Source of the DNA: Chiloscyllium plagiosum
Lineage: Eukaryota
Reading direction: 5' to 3'
NCBI RefSeq assembly: GCF_004010195.1
Contig: NC_057711.1
Span: 82,155,450 to 82,219,449, forward strand
Length of the DNA stretch: 64,000 bases
Part shown: piece by piece, positions 37,301 through 49,144 of the stretch
How positions within the stretch are numbered: the first letter of the stretch is position 1
How the letters are laid out: every line of letters begins with the position of its first letter
The notes under the pieces: model-generated
Told to the model about the DNA's origin: nothing
The model's input: only the letters and a program-made list of their open reading frames with translations
Databases searched by the model: none
Position numbers and translations under genes: made by a program

Positions 37301-38200
37301 GGCGGAGGAATTGGGAATAAGGGCATTTTTATAGGAGGTAGGGTGGGAGTCGGTGGGCTTGTAGTACATGTCTGTGGATAGTCGGCTGCCAGAGACATGT
37401 GAGATCTGGGAAGGGGATGGTCCAGGTGAATTTGAGGTCAGGTTGGAAGATGTTGGTAAAGTTGATAAACTGTTCAACTTCCTCATGGGAGCAATGGCGG
37501 CGCCTATACAGTCAACAATGTAGTGGAGGAACGGGTGGGAAGTGGTGCCGAAGTAATTGCAGCCAGTGCATTTCTTGGTCAGTGCATTGACTATAGGAGT
37601 TGGGAGGTCATGCTGCAGCTGTAAAGAACGTTGGTTAGGCCACTTATGGAATACTGTGTTCAGTTATGATTTCCCCTGCTTTAGGAAGGATGTTGTAAAA
37701 TTTGAAAGGGTTCAGAAAAGATTTAGAAGGATGGTGCCATGTTTGGAGGATTTGAGCTATATGGAGACGTTAAATAGGCTGGGGCTGTATTCTCTGGAGC
37801 ATCAGAGATTGAGGGGTGACCTTATAGAGGTTTATAAAATCATGACGGGCACAGATAGTTTGGATAGTGAAGGTCTTTTCCCAAGGGTAGGGGACTGCAA
37901 AACTAGAGGGCATGGGTTTAAGGTGAGAGGGTAAAGATTTAAAAGGGACCTAAGGGGCAACTTTTTCACACAGAAAGTGATGTGCGTATGGAAAGGGCTA
38001 CCAGAGGAAATGGTGGAGGTTGGTCCAATTACAACATTTAAAAGGCATCTTGATGGGTACATGAATAGGAAGGGTTTAGAGGGATATGGGCCCAGTGCTG
38101 ACAAATGGGACTAGATTAATTTAGAATATCTCGTCGACAAGGACAAGTTGAACAGTAGAGTCTGTTTCCGTGCCTTACAGTACAATGACTCTATGACTCT
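34330..38200 (+). mobile_element. CR1 LINE (endonuclease through 3' tail) interrupted by a Penelope element
   Basis: ANVIPLFKKGGKEKPGNYSPVSLTSVVGKLLE, DFSKVFDKIPH, SGVPQES.LG, FADDTK; tail (ATGACTCT)n at about 38185-38200. Confidence 0.92.
36280..37570 (-). mobile_element. Penelope-like element (5'-truncated; RT thumb, GIY-YIG, terminal repeat with hammerhead motif) nested in CR1
   Basis: ORF 36564..37250 (FFHNRNFPPHVV...PLVFTFHP...PGTFPC..CKTC); YYKPTDSH; TSD-like TTT(A/C)TTGGTCA(A/G)TG at 36266-36279 and 37571-37584. Confidence 0.9.
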
Positions 38201-39454
38201 AAATGGTAATAAAATCAACCCATTTCAAGATCAAAGATACCCATGAAACACCTATAAGGATAATTACACATCATAATCTGCTTAAGTCCTTGCCACAGAA
38301 CATAAATGATTAAAAAGCAGTTTGTTTCTCAAAATGCCACCCATCTTATTTTGATGTGATTAAAAAATATTATATGTGAAAGGTATTCGAGGAAACAACC
38401 ACCTATCTAATTTTAAGCATACCAAGCACAAAACAATACATAAATAAAAAGAACATTTCCACCAAATGAATTAGCAACCAGTGCAATAAGTTACATGAAT
38501 TCATTTTTACATTCATAATTTATGCACATGAAATGATCTATCAGCAGTGTTGAAAGCAAAACACATGATCACTAAAAGAGAAACGGATAAATATATATAT
38601 TTTTCAAAGTGAATGACCATGGAGACCTTCCATGGCCTTCGAAATGCCTCAACTAGAAACCTGTTGGCAAAATGAGCCAAATGTCTAGCATTAACCTGCA
38701 TTCAGAAGGGATTAGCTTCTCGCAGATGGAAGAAGAAATTGAGTTTGGTTTGAGGAGGTAGAAGTGGGCCTTATTGCTCAGGTTTCTTGCCATTTCTGCT
38801 GTATCTCTTGAATCTTCATGATAGGAAATACAGCACTAAAGCATGACATTGCCCTACTCTATCGTAATGTTACTAATCTAAAAATCCAGATTACATGAAT
38901 TCAGAGCCCACATTGCAAGTGGATTACCTGCACTTGGTTTAAGAAAGATTTTAAAATATAAAAGCTACTAGCAGTACAAGTAACCACATAACTGTCAAAT
39001 GCAGAAAAAAACCTATTGATTTATAAATATTTGTTTGAGAAAGTAACCGGTTGTTCTTATTTGGACATGCTAACTACTCTGGTCCCAAATCAATGTAGTG
39101 GACTCTTTATTCCCCTCGAAAATGAATTATAACATCACTTAAGACAAAGTCACTGGAGCTTGGCAATAAATGACATTCCTGAGAGGGCAATAAAAGAACA
39201 ACAGGTACTTCACAATCACTCCTCCACTACTAAATGCAAACAAACAGATGAACTATAGCCCTGAACAAATGTAATCCCAGGCCCTGAGAACTGACACCTC
39301 TCCAAAAAGCCACACATTCCCACACTCAAATGAACAAGAGCATATCATGTGCACAGACTATAAGATGCTCCACACCCAGAGAAAAGACAAAGGAAAAAAA
39401 ACTTAAATTAATTATAAGCAAATGCACAAGAGATCAGCATATGCAAAAATAAGC

Positions 39455-39985
39455 ACCTGGAGTGTATTACAGTTATGTTTGTTTTCACACTTTGAAACAG
39501 TTATAGGAAGGATATTAACAAGCTGGATAGGGTTCAGAAGAGATTTACCAGGATATTGCCGGGTATGGAAAGTTTGATTTATAAAGAAAGGCTGGATAGT
39601 CTGGGACTTTTTTCACTGGAGCGTAGCAGGTGGAGAGGTGACCTGGTAAGTTTATAAAATAACGAGAGGTATATATAGAGTTGATGGTAATTGTCTTTTC
39701 CCTAAGATAGCACATTTTTAAGGTGAGAGGAGAGAGATTTTAAAAAGACATAAGGGGCAAATCTTTTACACAGAGGGTGATTCAAATATGGAATGAACTT
39801 CCTGAGGAGGTGGAGGATGCAGGTACAATTACAACTTTTAAAAGACATTTGGATGGATACATGAATAGGAAAGGTTTGGAGGGATATGGGCCAGGAGCAG
39901 GCAGGTGAGGCTAGTTTAGTTTGGGATTATAGTCGGCATGGACTGGTTGGACCAAAGGGTCTGTTTCCATGCTGTATGACTCTAT
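39455..39985 (+). mobile_element. CR1 LINE 3' end
   Basis: cacctggagtg...agggttcagaagagatttaccagg...tggaatgaacttcctgagg...ctgtatgactctat. Confidence 0.88.
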
Positions 39986-40339
39986 AAAGTATTAAAGCTC
40001 AATCAACTTCAATATACAAAGAATTAAAGTAAAATATCTATACTTTCCAATGGAGATTAGTTGCTCTTAAACTATAATCTGAAACTCCTAATCTGCAAAG
40101 ATGTCTGACCAATAAACATTTAAATGCTGAACAAATTAATTGTCTGCTGATTTATTGTATATTGTGGTTTGTGCAACATAGATCCACAACAGCAGCTGAA
40201 GAAGAGATCAGCTGTGTAGAGAGCGGTCAAATAATCGTGTCTCCAGAAAACAATGTGTCAGCTGTCACTGTGGGATATGGTGATGGTGGCAGCACATGGA
40301 GAAGGATAGGCTGCCAAACAAGCAAGATACTTTTTCCTT

Positions 40340-40570
40340 GATGGTATCAAGCTTCAAGAGTTATTGGAGCTGCACTCATCCAGGCAAGTGAAAAGTATTC
40401 CATCACAATCCAGACTTGTGCCTTGTAGATAGCACACCTGCTTTGGTGAGACAGGAAGTGTCTGACCTGCTGTTGTAGCCGTATTATTGATATGGTTGGT
40501 CCAGTTCAGTCTTTGGTCAATGGTCACCCCAGCATATTGATAGCAAGGGATTTCAGTGATTAACAATGCC
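40340..40570 (-). mobile_element. Second-family CR1/L2-group LINE fragment
   Basis: GVTIDQRLNWTNHINN on minus. Confidence 0.65.
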
Positions 40571-41388
40571 CAAAGGGTAGCTGCGCTTATCTAGTTCTGA
40601 TGAAACATCATGACTGGGAACACTAAAATGTTTCTCTCCACAGATGCTGAAGAGATTGCTGTGTTCTCATGTTTTCTGATTTTATTATACCATAATCCAG
40701 TGACTTGGCTAACCACCCAAAAAACTGCTGGAAGGTGTAATCTATCCCAGTGCATATGGTGCATGTCTCATTGCAGGCATCACTCTTCCTTTTTCACATA
40801 TATACATTGTGAAACATTCTTAAAGGTAATTGGCTGAAATCATATGTTCATAAAACAAAATTTAACAAATAGTTAGATAACATAAGGCCTAAGGAGCCAG
40901 CAGCCAAGTCTTTGGCACTACAACTGGCTCTGCTGTAAAACAGGATTATGGTATATTCCAAGTGAGCAATTATAATAGGGCACTGTGTTGTCAGGAGCAC
41001 AGATAAGCATCTCTGCAGCTGCAAGCGCGATTTCAGGATACAGTGTGTTGTCTCCCTCGTGCCAGGATCAAGGATGTCTTGGAGCAGTTGCAGCAAACTC
41101 TCATAGGGGAGTGTGAGCAGCCAGAGGTAATTTTACACACTTGTACCAGCGACAGGTAGAAAAAGGGATGAGATCCAGGCATGAAGTTAAAAAGCAGGAT
41201 CTCAAGTGTAAGCAAGCTCTGGACTATTCCCAGTGTCACATGCTAGTGTGAGTAGGAATAGGAGATTAAGGCAGATGAATGCGTGGCTGAGATACAGGGG
41301 GCAGGGATTCAGATTTTTGGGATCTCTTCTGGAGCAGAGGTAACTTGTACAAGAGGGATGGGCTGCACCTGAACTGGAGAGATTTGCT

Positions 41389-41775
41389 CAGGTATCTCAT
41401 GGAATACTGAATTTTTAATTCCCTCAGACACTTCTTAACCTCATAAAATTCTCTTGCGTACCACGACCGGAGAGAAGTCCTGGAACAGCATTATTCTTGA
41501 TCCCTTGTACACCATAGCCTGGGGATCCTGTGGTCTCGGAGGCTGAAACCCTTTGCTCTGCCCCTCCGACACGCTGCCAGAGGCTCTTGATCTCCCGGTC
41601 ATGCTTCTGCATTGATCCTCTCTCGGAGCTTGACTATTTCCAAGACCAGGCTTGCCTCTGCCAGTAAGTCCTCCGGGACGGCCGGGGGCGCATCTGTTGC
41701 TGCGTGGCGGGGCGGGGGGTCCTGGGCAGAGCTCAGCAAACTCAGGCCTACTGGGTCGCCACCATCTTAAATCCC
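41389..41775 (-). mobile_element. 387-bp L1-derived mini-element (5' end plus ORF1 pieces)
   Basis: MQKHDREIKSLWQRVGGAEQRV and DPQAMVYKGSRIMLFQDFSP match L1 ORF1; perfect 15-bp direct repeat CTGGAGAGATTTGCT at 41374-41388 and 41776-41790. Confidence 0.85.
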
Positions 41776-43195
41776 CTGGAGAGATTTGCTTGAGCGATTT
41801 GGGAGGATTTAAACCAGTCTGGTGAAGGGAGGGGGCGGGGGCAGTGTGGCTAAACAGCAGTGAGACAAGCAAGAACGTTGAGGCTAGTGTAGAAGTTAAA
41901 GCAAGTTAAATTGACAAGGCAGGCAAGAACACAGCAGGGAATGAGGGAAGACTGAGAAATTAAACTGCATTTATTTCAATGCAAGAAGCCTGACAGGTAA
42001 AGCAGATGAACTCAAGGCATGGAAAGGAACATGGGAACTGGGATATTACAGAAACACAGCTGAGGGAGAGACAGGACTGGCAGCTCAATGTTCTGAGGTA
42101 CAAATGCTATAGGAAGGAAAGGAGAGTAGAGAGGAGGAGGAGTTGTGTTTTTATTGGGGAAAACCCATGGCACTACTTAGGCAGGTAGTCCTAGGAGATT
42201 GTCCAGTGAGGCTTTGTGGATGGACTGAGAAATAAGAAGGGGATGATCACTTTGATGGGATTTTATCATAGGCCCTCAAAGAGGAAATATGTAGGGAGAT
42301 CACAGACAGCTGTAAGAATAGTAGGATTGTATAGTAGGGGATTTTAAGTTTCCAAACATAGACTAGGACTCCCACAGTGTTAAGGGGTTGGATGGAAGAA
42401 ATTTAAGTGTGCTCACGAAAACTTGCTCAATCAATAAGTAGAAGGCCCTACTACAGAAGTGGCAAAACTTAACCTCCCCTTGGGAAATGTGGCAGGACAG
42501 TGACTGAGGTGTTAGTGAGGGAGTACTGACCATAATTCTACTGGTTTTAAAATAGTTACAGACAAGGATAAGCTGAACCACAAGTTCAAAGTTTAAATTG
42601 GGGCAACGTCAATTTTAATGGTATTAGACAGGATCTTTCAAAAGCTGCAAAGAGATGCCTGGCAAGTGGGGAGGCTTTCAAAAGTGAAATATGGGGAGTT
42701 CAGGACCAGCATGTCCCTGTTAGTGTGAAGGGTAAGGCTAGCAGGAGTAGGGAACACTGGATGACTGCAAATGTTGACTCTCTGGTCAAGAAAAAGGAGG
42801 CAAATGTCAGGTATAGACAGCTGGGATCAAATAAATCCTTCAAGTCCGTGGCGGTGGGGGGGGGGGGGGGGGGGGTGCGGTGGTATAGCAGTACACTTGC
42901 AAAGAAAATCAGAAAGGCAAAAAGGGGACATGAGGTAGTTTTGACAGATAGGGTAAAGGAGATTCTACAAGTGTATTAAGGGCAAAATAAGTAACAAGGA
43001 AAATAGGGCCCAATAAGTCTGCATGAAACCACAGGAAATGGGTGAGATCCAAAACGACTACTTCTCATCAGTATTTACCGTGGAGAAAGATATGGAAGCT
43101 AGGGAACTCTGGGAAATACATAGTGATGTCTTGAAAAATGTCCACATTACAGAAGTGATGGTGCTGGAGGCCTTAAAATGCATAAAGCAAGATAA

Positions 43196-43482
43196 CTGGG
43201 TGACAACTCACAGTGCCATGCACCTAGGTTTGAGTCCTTGGGCGACTGCAAATTCCACATGGACATTCTCCCCGTGCCTTCATGGATTTCCTCCGCATGC
43301 TCCGGTTTCATCCCACAGTCCAAAGGTGTGCAATTTAGGTAGATTGACCATGCTAAATTGCCCATAGTGTCCAGGCTAGCTGGATTAGCCATGGGAAATG
43401 TGTGGTTACAGAGGTAGGAAAGGGGTCTGGGTAGGATGCCCTTCAGAGGGTTGACTTCCGCACAGGAGGGATTCTATGATTC
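43196..43482 (+). mobile_element. HE1-type SINE nested in CR1
   Basis: Core cattctccccgtg...tcccacagtccaaa and GATTCTAT tail. Confidence 0.8.
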
Positions 43483-43506
43483 TAAATCCCCAGGACCTAA
43501 TCAAAT

Positions 43507-46500
43507 GGCTTTGTGGCTCAGAAGGCAAGGGGGGAGTTGAGGAGAATGATAGTGATTGGAGATTCAGTGGTGAGAGGAACAGACAGGAGAGTCTGTGGTT
43601 GCGAACGAGACTCCCGGATGGTATATTGTCTCCTGAGTGCCAGGCTCAGGGATGTCTCGGATCGAGAATATAGGGAGTTAGCTTGCAAGCTCGAAGGCAG
43701 GACAAGCAAAGTAGTAATCTCAGGATTGCTACCGATACCACGGTCTAGTGAGCTAGGAACAGAGAGCGGTGCAGATAAACAGGGCTGGTGAAGGAGGGAG
43801 GGCTTCAGATAAGTGGATCTTTGGGATACCTTCTGGGGAAGGTGAGACCTGTACAAGAAGGACAGGTCTCTGAACTGAAGGGGCACCAATATCCCGGGCA
43901 CGAGGTTTGCTAAAGCTCTTTGAGAGGGGTTAAACTAGTTTGGCAGCGGGGGTGGGTGGGAACCGGAGCTACAGATCTGAGGATGGAGTAGCTAGTGAAC
44001 AGCCAGATACAGTGTGCAGAGAGTCTGTGAGGAGGGATAGACAGTTGATAAGGCAAAGTTGCAGTCAGTGTGATGGCTTGAAGTGTGTCTATTTTAATGC
44101 AAGAAGTATCAGGATGAAGGGTGATGAACTTAGAGCATGGATCAGTACTTGGAGCTACGAATGTTGTGGCCATTGTGGAGACTTGGATATCACAGGAGCA
44201 GGAATGGTTGTTAGATGTTCCAGGGTTGAGATGTTTCAAAAGGAATGGGGGGGATGCAGGTGGGGAAGATAAACGAGGTGAAGAAGTGGCACTGCTAATC
44301 AGGGATAGTATCACAGCTGGAGAAAGGGAGGTCATCAAGGAGAGTTTGTCTACAGAGTCAGTATGGATGGAGGTCAGATACAGGAAAGGAACAGTCACCC
44401 CGCCCCACCCAATATCAATAGAGACACAGAGGAGCAGATTGGCAGATTTTGGAAAGGTGCAGAAGTAATAAGGTTGTTGTCATGGGTGACTTTAATTTCC
44501 CTAATATTGATTGGAATGTCCTTAGTTCACATAGTTTGGATGAAGCAGCTTTTGTCAGGTGTGTCCAGGGAGGATTCTTTGACTCAATATGTTAGGCTGA
44601 CTAGAGAGGAGGCCATCTTGGATTTGGTGCTTGGCAACGAACCAGGCCATGTGTCAGATCCAGCTGGGAGAGCATTTCGGTGATAGTGATCACAACTCCC
44701 TGACCTTTGCTATAGTCATGGAGAGCGATAGGAACAGACGGTATGGGAAAATATTGAATTGGGGGAGGGAGAATTAGGCAGGAATTGGGGCAACTAAATT
44801 GGGAACAGATGTTCTCAGGGAAATGCATGACAGAAATGTGGAGGTTGTTTTGGGACAATTGCTGATAGTGCTGGATTGGTTTGTCCCACTGAGACAAGGC
44901 ATGGTAGGGTGACAAAGGATGTGGAACATCTAGTCAAGAGGAAGAAGGAAGCTTATTTAAGAAGAGCTAGAAGGGGACATAAAAAAGCTTTAGCAGGTAG
45001 GATTAAGGAAAAACCTAACGGATTCTACACTTGTGAGGATAGCCAGAGTGAGGGTGGGGCTGATTAGGGATAGTGGAGGGAACATGTGCCTGGAGTCAGA
45101 GGTGATGGGGGTGGTCCTTAATGAATACTTTGCTTCAATATTCACTACGGAGAGGGACCTTGACGTTTGAGAGGACGGCATGAAATAGGCTGATATGCTT
45201 GAACAGGTTGATGTTAAGAAGGATGTGCTGAAAATTTTGAAAAACAAAAGGATAGATAAGTCCCCTGGGCCAGACAGGATATACCCTAGGTTTCTACAGG
45301 AAGCAAGAGAAGAGATTGCTGCATCTTTGGCGATGATCTTTATGTCCTCACTGTTCACTGGAGTAGTGCCAGATGATTGGAGGGTGGCAAATGTTATTCC
45401 CTTGTTCAAGAAAGAGAATAGGGAGAATCCTGGGAATTATAGAGCATCAGTCTTACATATCTGGTGGGCAAATTATTGGAAAGGGTTCTGACAAATGGAA
45501 TTTATTATTACTTGGAAAACTATAGTTTGATTAGAAATAGTCGACATGGCTTTATGAGGGGTAGATCATGCCTCACAAACCTTAATGAATTATTTGAGGA
45601 TGTGACAAAACACATTGATGCAGGTAGAGCAGTGGATATGGTGTACATGGATTTTAGCAAGGTGTTTAATAAGGTTCCCCAAGGTAGGCTCATTCAGAAA
45701 GTAAGGAGGCATGGGATACAGCCTGGATATAGAATTGGCTGACTCATAAAAGACAGAGGGTGGTGGTGGATGGAAAGTATGCAGCCTGGAGCTTGGTGAC
45801 CAGTGGTGTTCAGCAGGGATCTGTTCTGGGACCTCTGCTCTTTGTGACTTTTATAAATGACTTGTATGAGAAAGTGGAAGGATGGTTTGTAAGTTTGCCG
45901 ATGACACAAAGGTTGGTGGAATGGTGGATAGTGTGGAGGGGTATTGTAGGTTGCAACAGGACAAAGACAGGATGCAGAACTGGGCTGATAAGTGGCAGAT
46001 GGAGTTCAATCTGGAAAAGTGTGAAGTGATTCATTTTGTAATACAGTGTTAAAGGCAGGATTCTTGGCAGTGTGGGGAGAAACAGAAGAATCTTGGGGTC
46101 CATGTCCATTGATCCCTCAAAGTTGCCACCCAAGTTGATAGGGTTGTTAAGAAGGCATATGGGTGTGTCGGCTTTCATTAGCAGGGGAATTGAGTTTAAG
46201 AGCCGCAAGGTTATGCTGCAGTTCTATAGAGCCCTGGTTATACCACACTTAGAATATTGTATTCAGTTCTGGTCACCTCATTATAGGAAGGATGTAGAAG
46301 CTTCAGAGAAGGTGCAGAGGAGATTTACCAGGATGCTGCCTGGACTGGAGGGCATCTCTTATGAAGAAAGGTTGAACAATTTAAGGCTTTTCTCATTGGA
46401 GCGAAGGAGGATGAAAGATGACTTGATAGAGGTGTACAAGATGGTGAGAGGCATAGATAGAGTGAATAGTCAGAGACTTTTTCCCAGGGCAAAACGGCTA

Positions 46501-46776
46501 TCACAAGGAGGCATAACTTTAAAGTAATTGGAGGAAGGTTTAGGGGAGATGTCAGAGGACGGTTCTTTACACAGAGTGGTGGGTGCATGGAATGCACTGC
46601 CAGTGGTGGTAGTAGAGACAGAGACATTAGGGACATTTAAATGACTCTTGGAGAGGCACATATGGATGATAGTAAAATGAAGGGTATGTAGTTAGTTTGA
46701 TCAAAGAGCAGGATAAAAGGTCGGCACAACATCAAGGGCCAAAAGCCTGTACTGTGCTGTATTGTTCAATGTTCTA
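43507..46776 (+). mobile_element. Inner CR1 LINE of a different subfamily, ORF1 (GDS esterase) to 3' tail, disabled
   Basis: VIGDSVVRGTDRR, CVYFNARSI, VAIVETW, KSPGPDRIYPR, SGVQQGSVLGPLLF, HLEYCIQFWSPHYRKD; tail tgttcaatgttctatg. Confidence 0.9.
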
Positions 46777-49144
46777 TGTATCCTAGGGCATTGTGGGAAG
46801 CAAGGGAAGAAATTGCGTGGGTCCCTAACATAGATATTTGCATTATCAACAGCTATGAGTGAAATGTTGGAAGACTGAAGAATGGCTAATGTCGTGCCTT
46901 TATTTAAGGCAAGCTGCAAGGAAAAGCCAGGGGACTACAGACTGTGGAACCTAATGTCAATGAAGGGAAAGACAGGATCTACAAGCATTTGGTAATGCAA
47001 GGACTGATTAGAAATAGTCAGCATAGTTTTGTACATGGGAAATCATGTTTCACATATTTGATTCAGTACTTTTGAAGGGGTGGCCAAGATAGGTTACCTA
47101 TCTGAAGGCAGAATGGTAGACGTTGTCTACACGGACTTTTAGCAAGGCTTTCGAGAAGGCTCTGCATGGCAGACTGGTTAGTAGGGTTAGATCATATGGG
47201 ATCCAGGGAGAGCTAGCCAGTTGTATACAAAATTGGCTGGATGGTAGGAGACAAAGGATGGTGATAGAGGGTTGTTGATCAGACTGGAAGCCTGTGATTA
47301 GCAATGTACAACAAGGATCTGTGCTAGGTCCATTGTTGTTTATTTATATAAATGATTTGGATGAGAATATAGGAGGCATGGTTACTAAGTTTGCAGATAA
47401 CACCAAAATTGGTAGTATAGTGGACCATGAAGAAGATTGTCTAAGAGTACAACAGGAGTTTGATCAACTCAGAAATTGGGCCAAAGAATGGTAGATGAGG
47501 TAAACCAGAGCAGGAATTACATAGTTGATAGCAGAGTCCTGGGGAGTATGTCCCCAAACCAAACAGAGACCTAACAGTGCAGGTACACAGTTTCTCAAAA
47601 ATGGGGTTTGGCATGCCTGCCTTCAATCTGAGCATTGAGTATAAATGTTGAGATAATGTTACAGCTGTACAAGACATTGGTAAGGCCACATTTGGAGTAC
47701 TGCATACAATTCTAGTGGTCCTGCTATTGAAAGGATGTTATTAAACTGGAAAGAGTGTAAAAAGGATTTACAAGTATGTTACAGAGACTGGAAGGTTAGA
47801 ATTATAAAGAGAAACTGAATAGGCTGGGACCTTTCTCCCCTGGGGCATACAAGGCTGAGGGGTGATCTTACAAAGATTTATAAAAATCATGAGGGAACTA
47901 GATAAAGTGAATAGCAAGGTCTACTTCCCAGGGTAAGGGAGTCTAAAATTAGCGTGCATTGGTTTAAGGTGGGAGCGCAAAGATTTAAAAGGGACCTGAA
48001 AGGCAACGTTTTCACACAGACAGTACAGCATATATGGAATCAGCTGCCAGAGGAAGTGGTAGAGGTGGCAATTAAAACATTTGAGAGAGATTTGGAGAGG
48101 TCCCTGGTAATAAAGCTTTAGAGGTATTTGGGCCAAACACAGGGACTAATTCAGGTTAGGAAACCTGGTCAGCATGGACAATTTAAGCCAAAAGGACCTG
48201 TTTCCGTGCTGTATGATTATGACATAGCAGCTTCCATGAAATTGTGAACTTCAATAAACTTAGTAAGAAAAACAGGAAGTCACACTTAAAAGGTAAGTCC
48301 ATTGAATCCAATACTTTGAAAATCCAGCAGTAGTTAATTTGCGGATCTGTTTTATAACAAAGGTGTTAAAGTATTTACAGAGAATCACAGTACAGTGTAA
48401 TCAGATGCAGCAGTTCCAACTTCTTTAGTATCAAGGCTCACTTCAATGAGGTAATTCCATCTACTTTTTTCAGCTGAAGTGATTGTTGGAAAATGTAACA
48501 TTTACTTGAATTTACCATGGTTACAGCCTCACTAGAGATTTGCAACATAGTGCATACAAAAAAAATTAAAGGAGGATCACAAGCATTAATATTTTAAACC
48601 CACCAGCAAATGCACTTTTTTCAACTGCAAGCACAGACATTTTCAAAATCTGCTCAACTCTGACTTTCATAAACAATGTCTCAACGCAAAATAAGAGTAA
48701 ATTTACTCCTCAGATTAGTGGGAAACCCGGGCCTGCCAGTGTATGCAGAATCTTTTGATCCTGAGAAGAATTGATGAGAAGACTATCCACAAATCTTGCT
48801 CCACTGTCAAGCGTGTTTTTTTTTAATACCGGCGTAGATGAAAAACAAGTAGCCTTGCAGCACCTCCTTGAAATGGATCTTATTGCCATTTAACTATCAG
48901 AATGGAATTTTGTCGAGTTCTTTTGCAGCATTAGCTCCTAAAGTCACACCTACAATTTATATTTTACAAACAGACTTGAATAAGGCCTCAATAATAGTAC
49001 GGAATGCTTTGATTTTGCTACAAACTAGCTTTGAGGTATTCAAGTGTTGGGTGACCCTGATCTATACAGGAAATCTAAGTACGATCTTCGCAATCCAATC
49101 AAACAATACAGTCCCAGACTAACCACACAAACACGTTGACTGTG

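Larger units (their letters stand above)
40900..48225 (+). mobile_element. Outer CR1 LINE (pieces about 40900-41388, 41776-43195, 43483-43506, 46777-48225) carrying three nested insertions
   Basis: ORF1 esterase, endonuclease, RT and tail are colinear once the inserts are removed (ggacctaatcaaatg | tatcctaggg). Confidence 0.82.

Noticed and set aside
42856..42875. Long G homopolymer (similar runs near 5731, 11277 and a C run near 17215)
   Set aside because: Slippage tracts, some inside decayed repeats, with lengths prone to sequencing error; no sign of function.
48230..49130. Unique intergenic stretches (also about 33100-34320 and 38200-39450) as hidden exons of a third gene
   Set aside because: No recognisable protein motif or consistent splice-bounded reading frames by eye; non-coding transcription cannot be excluded without RNA data.
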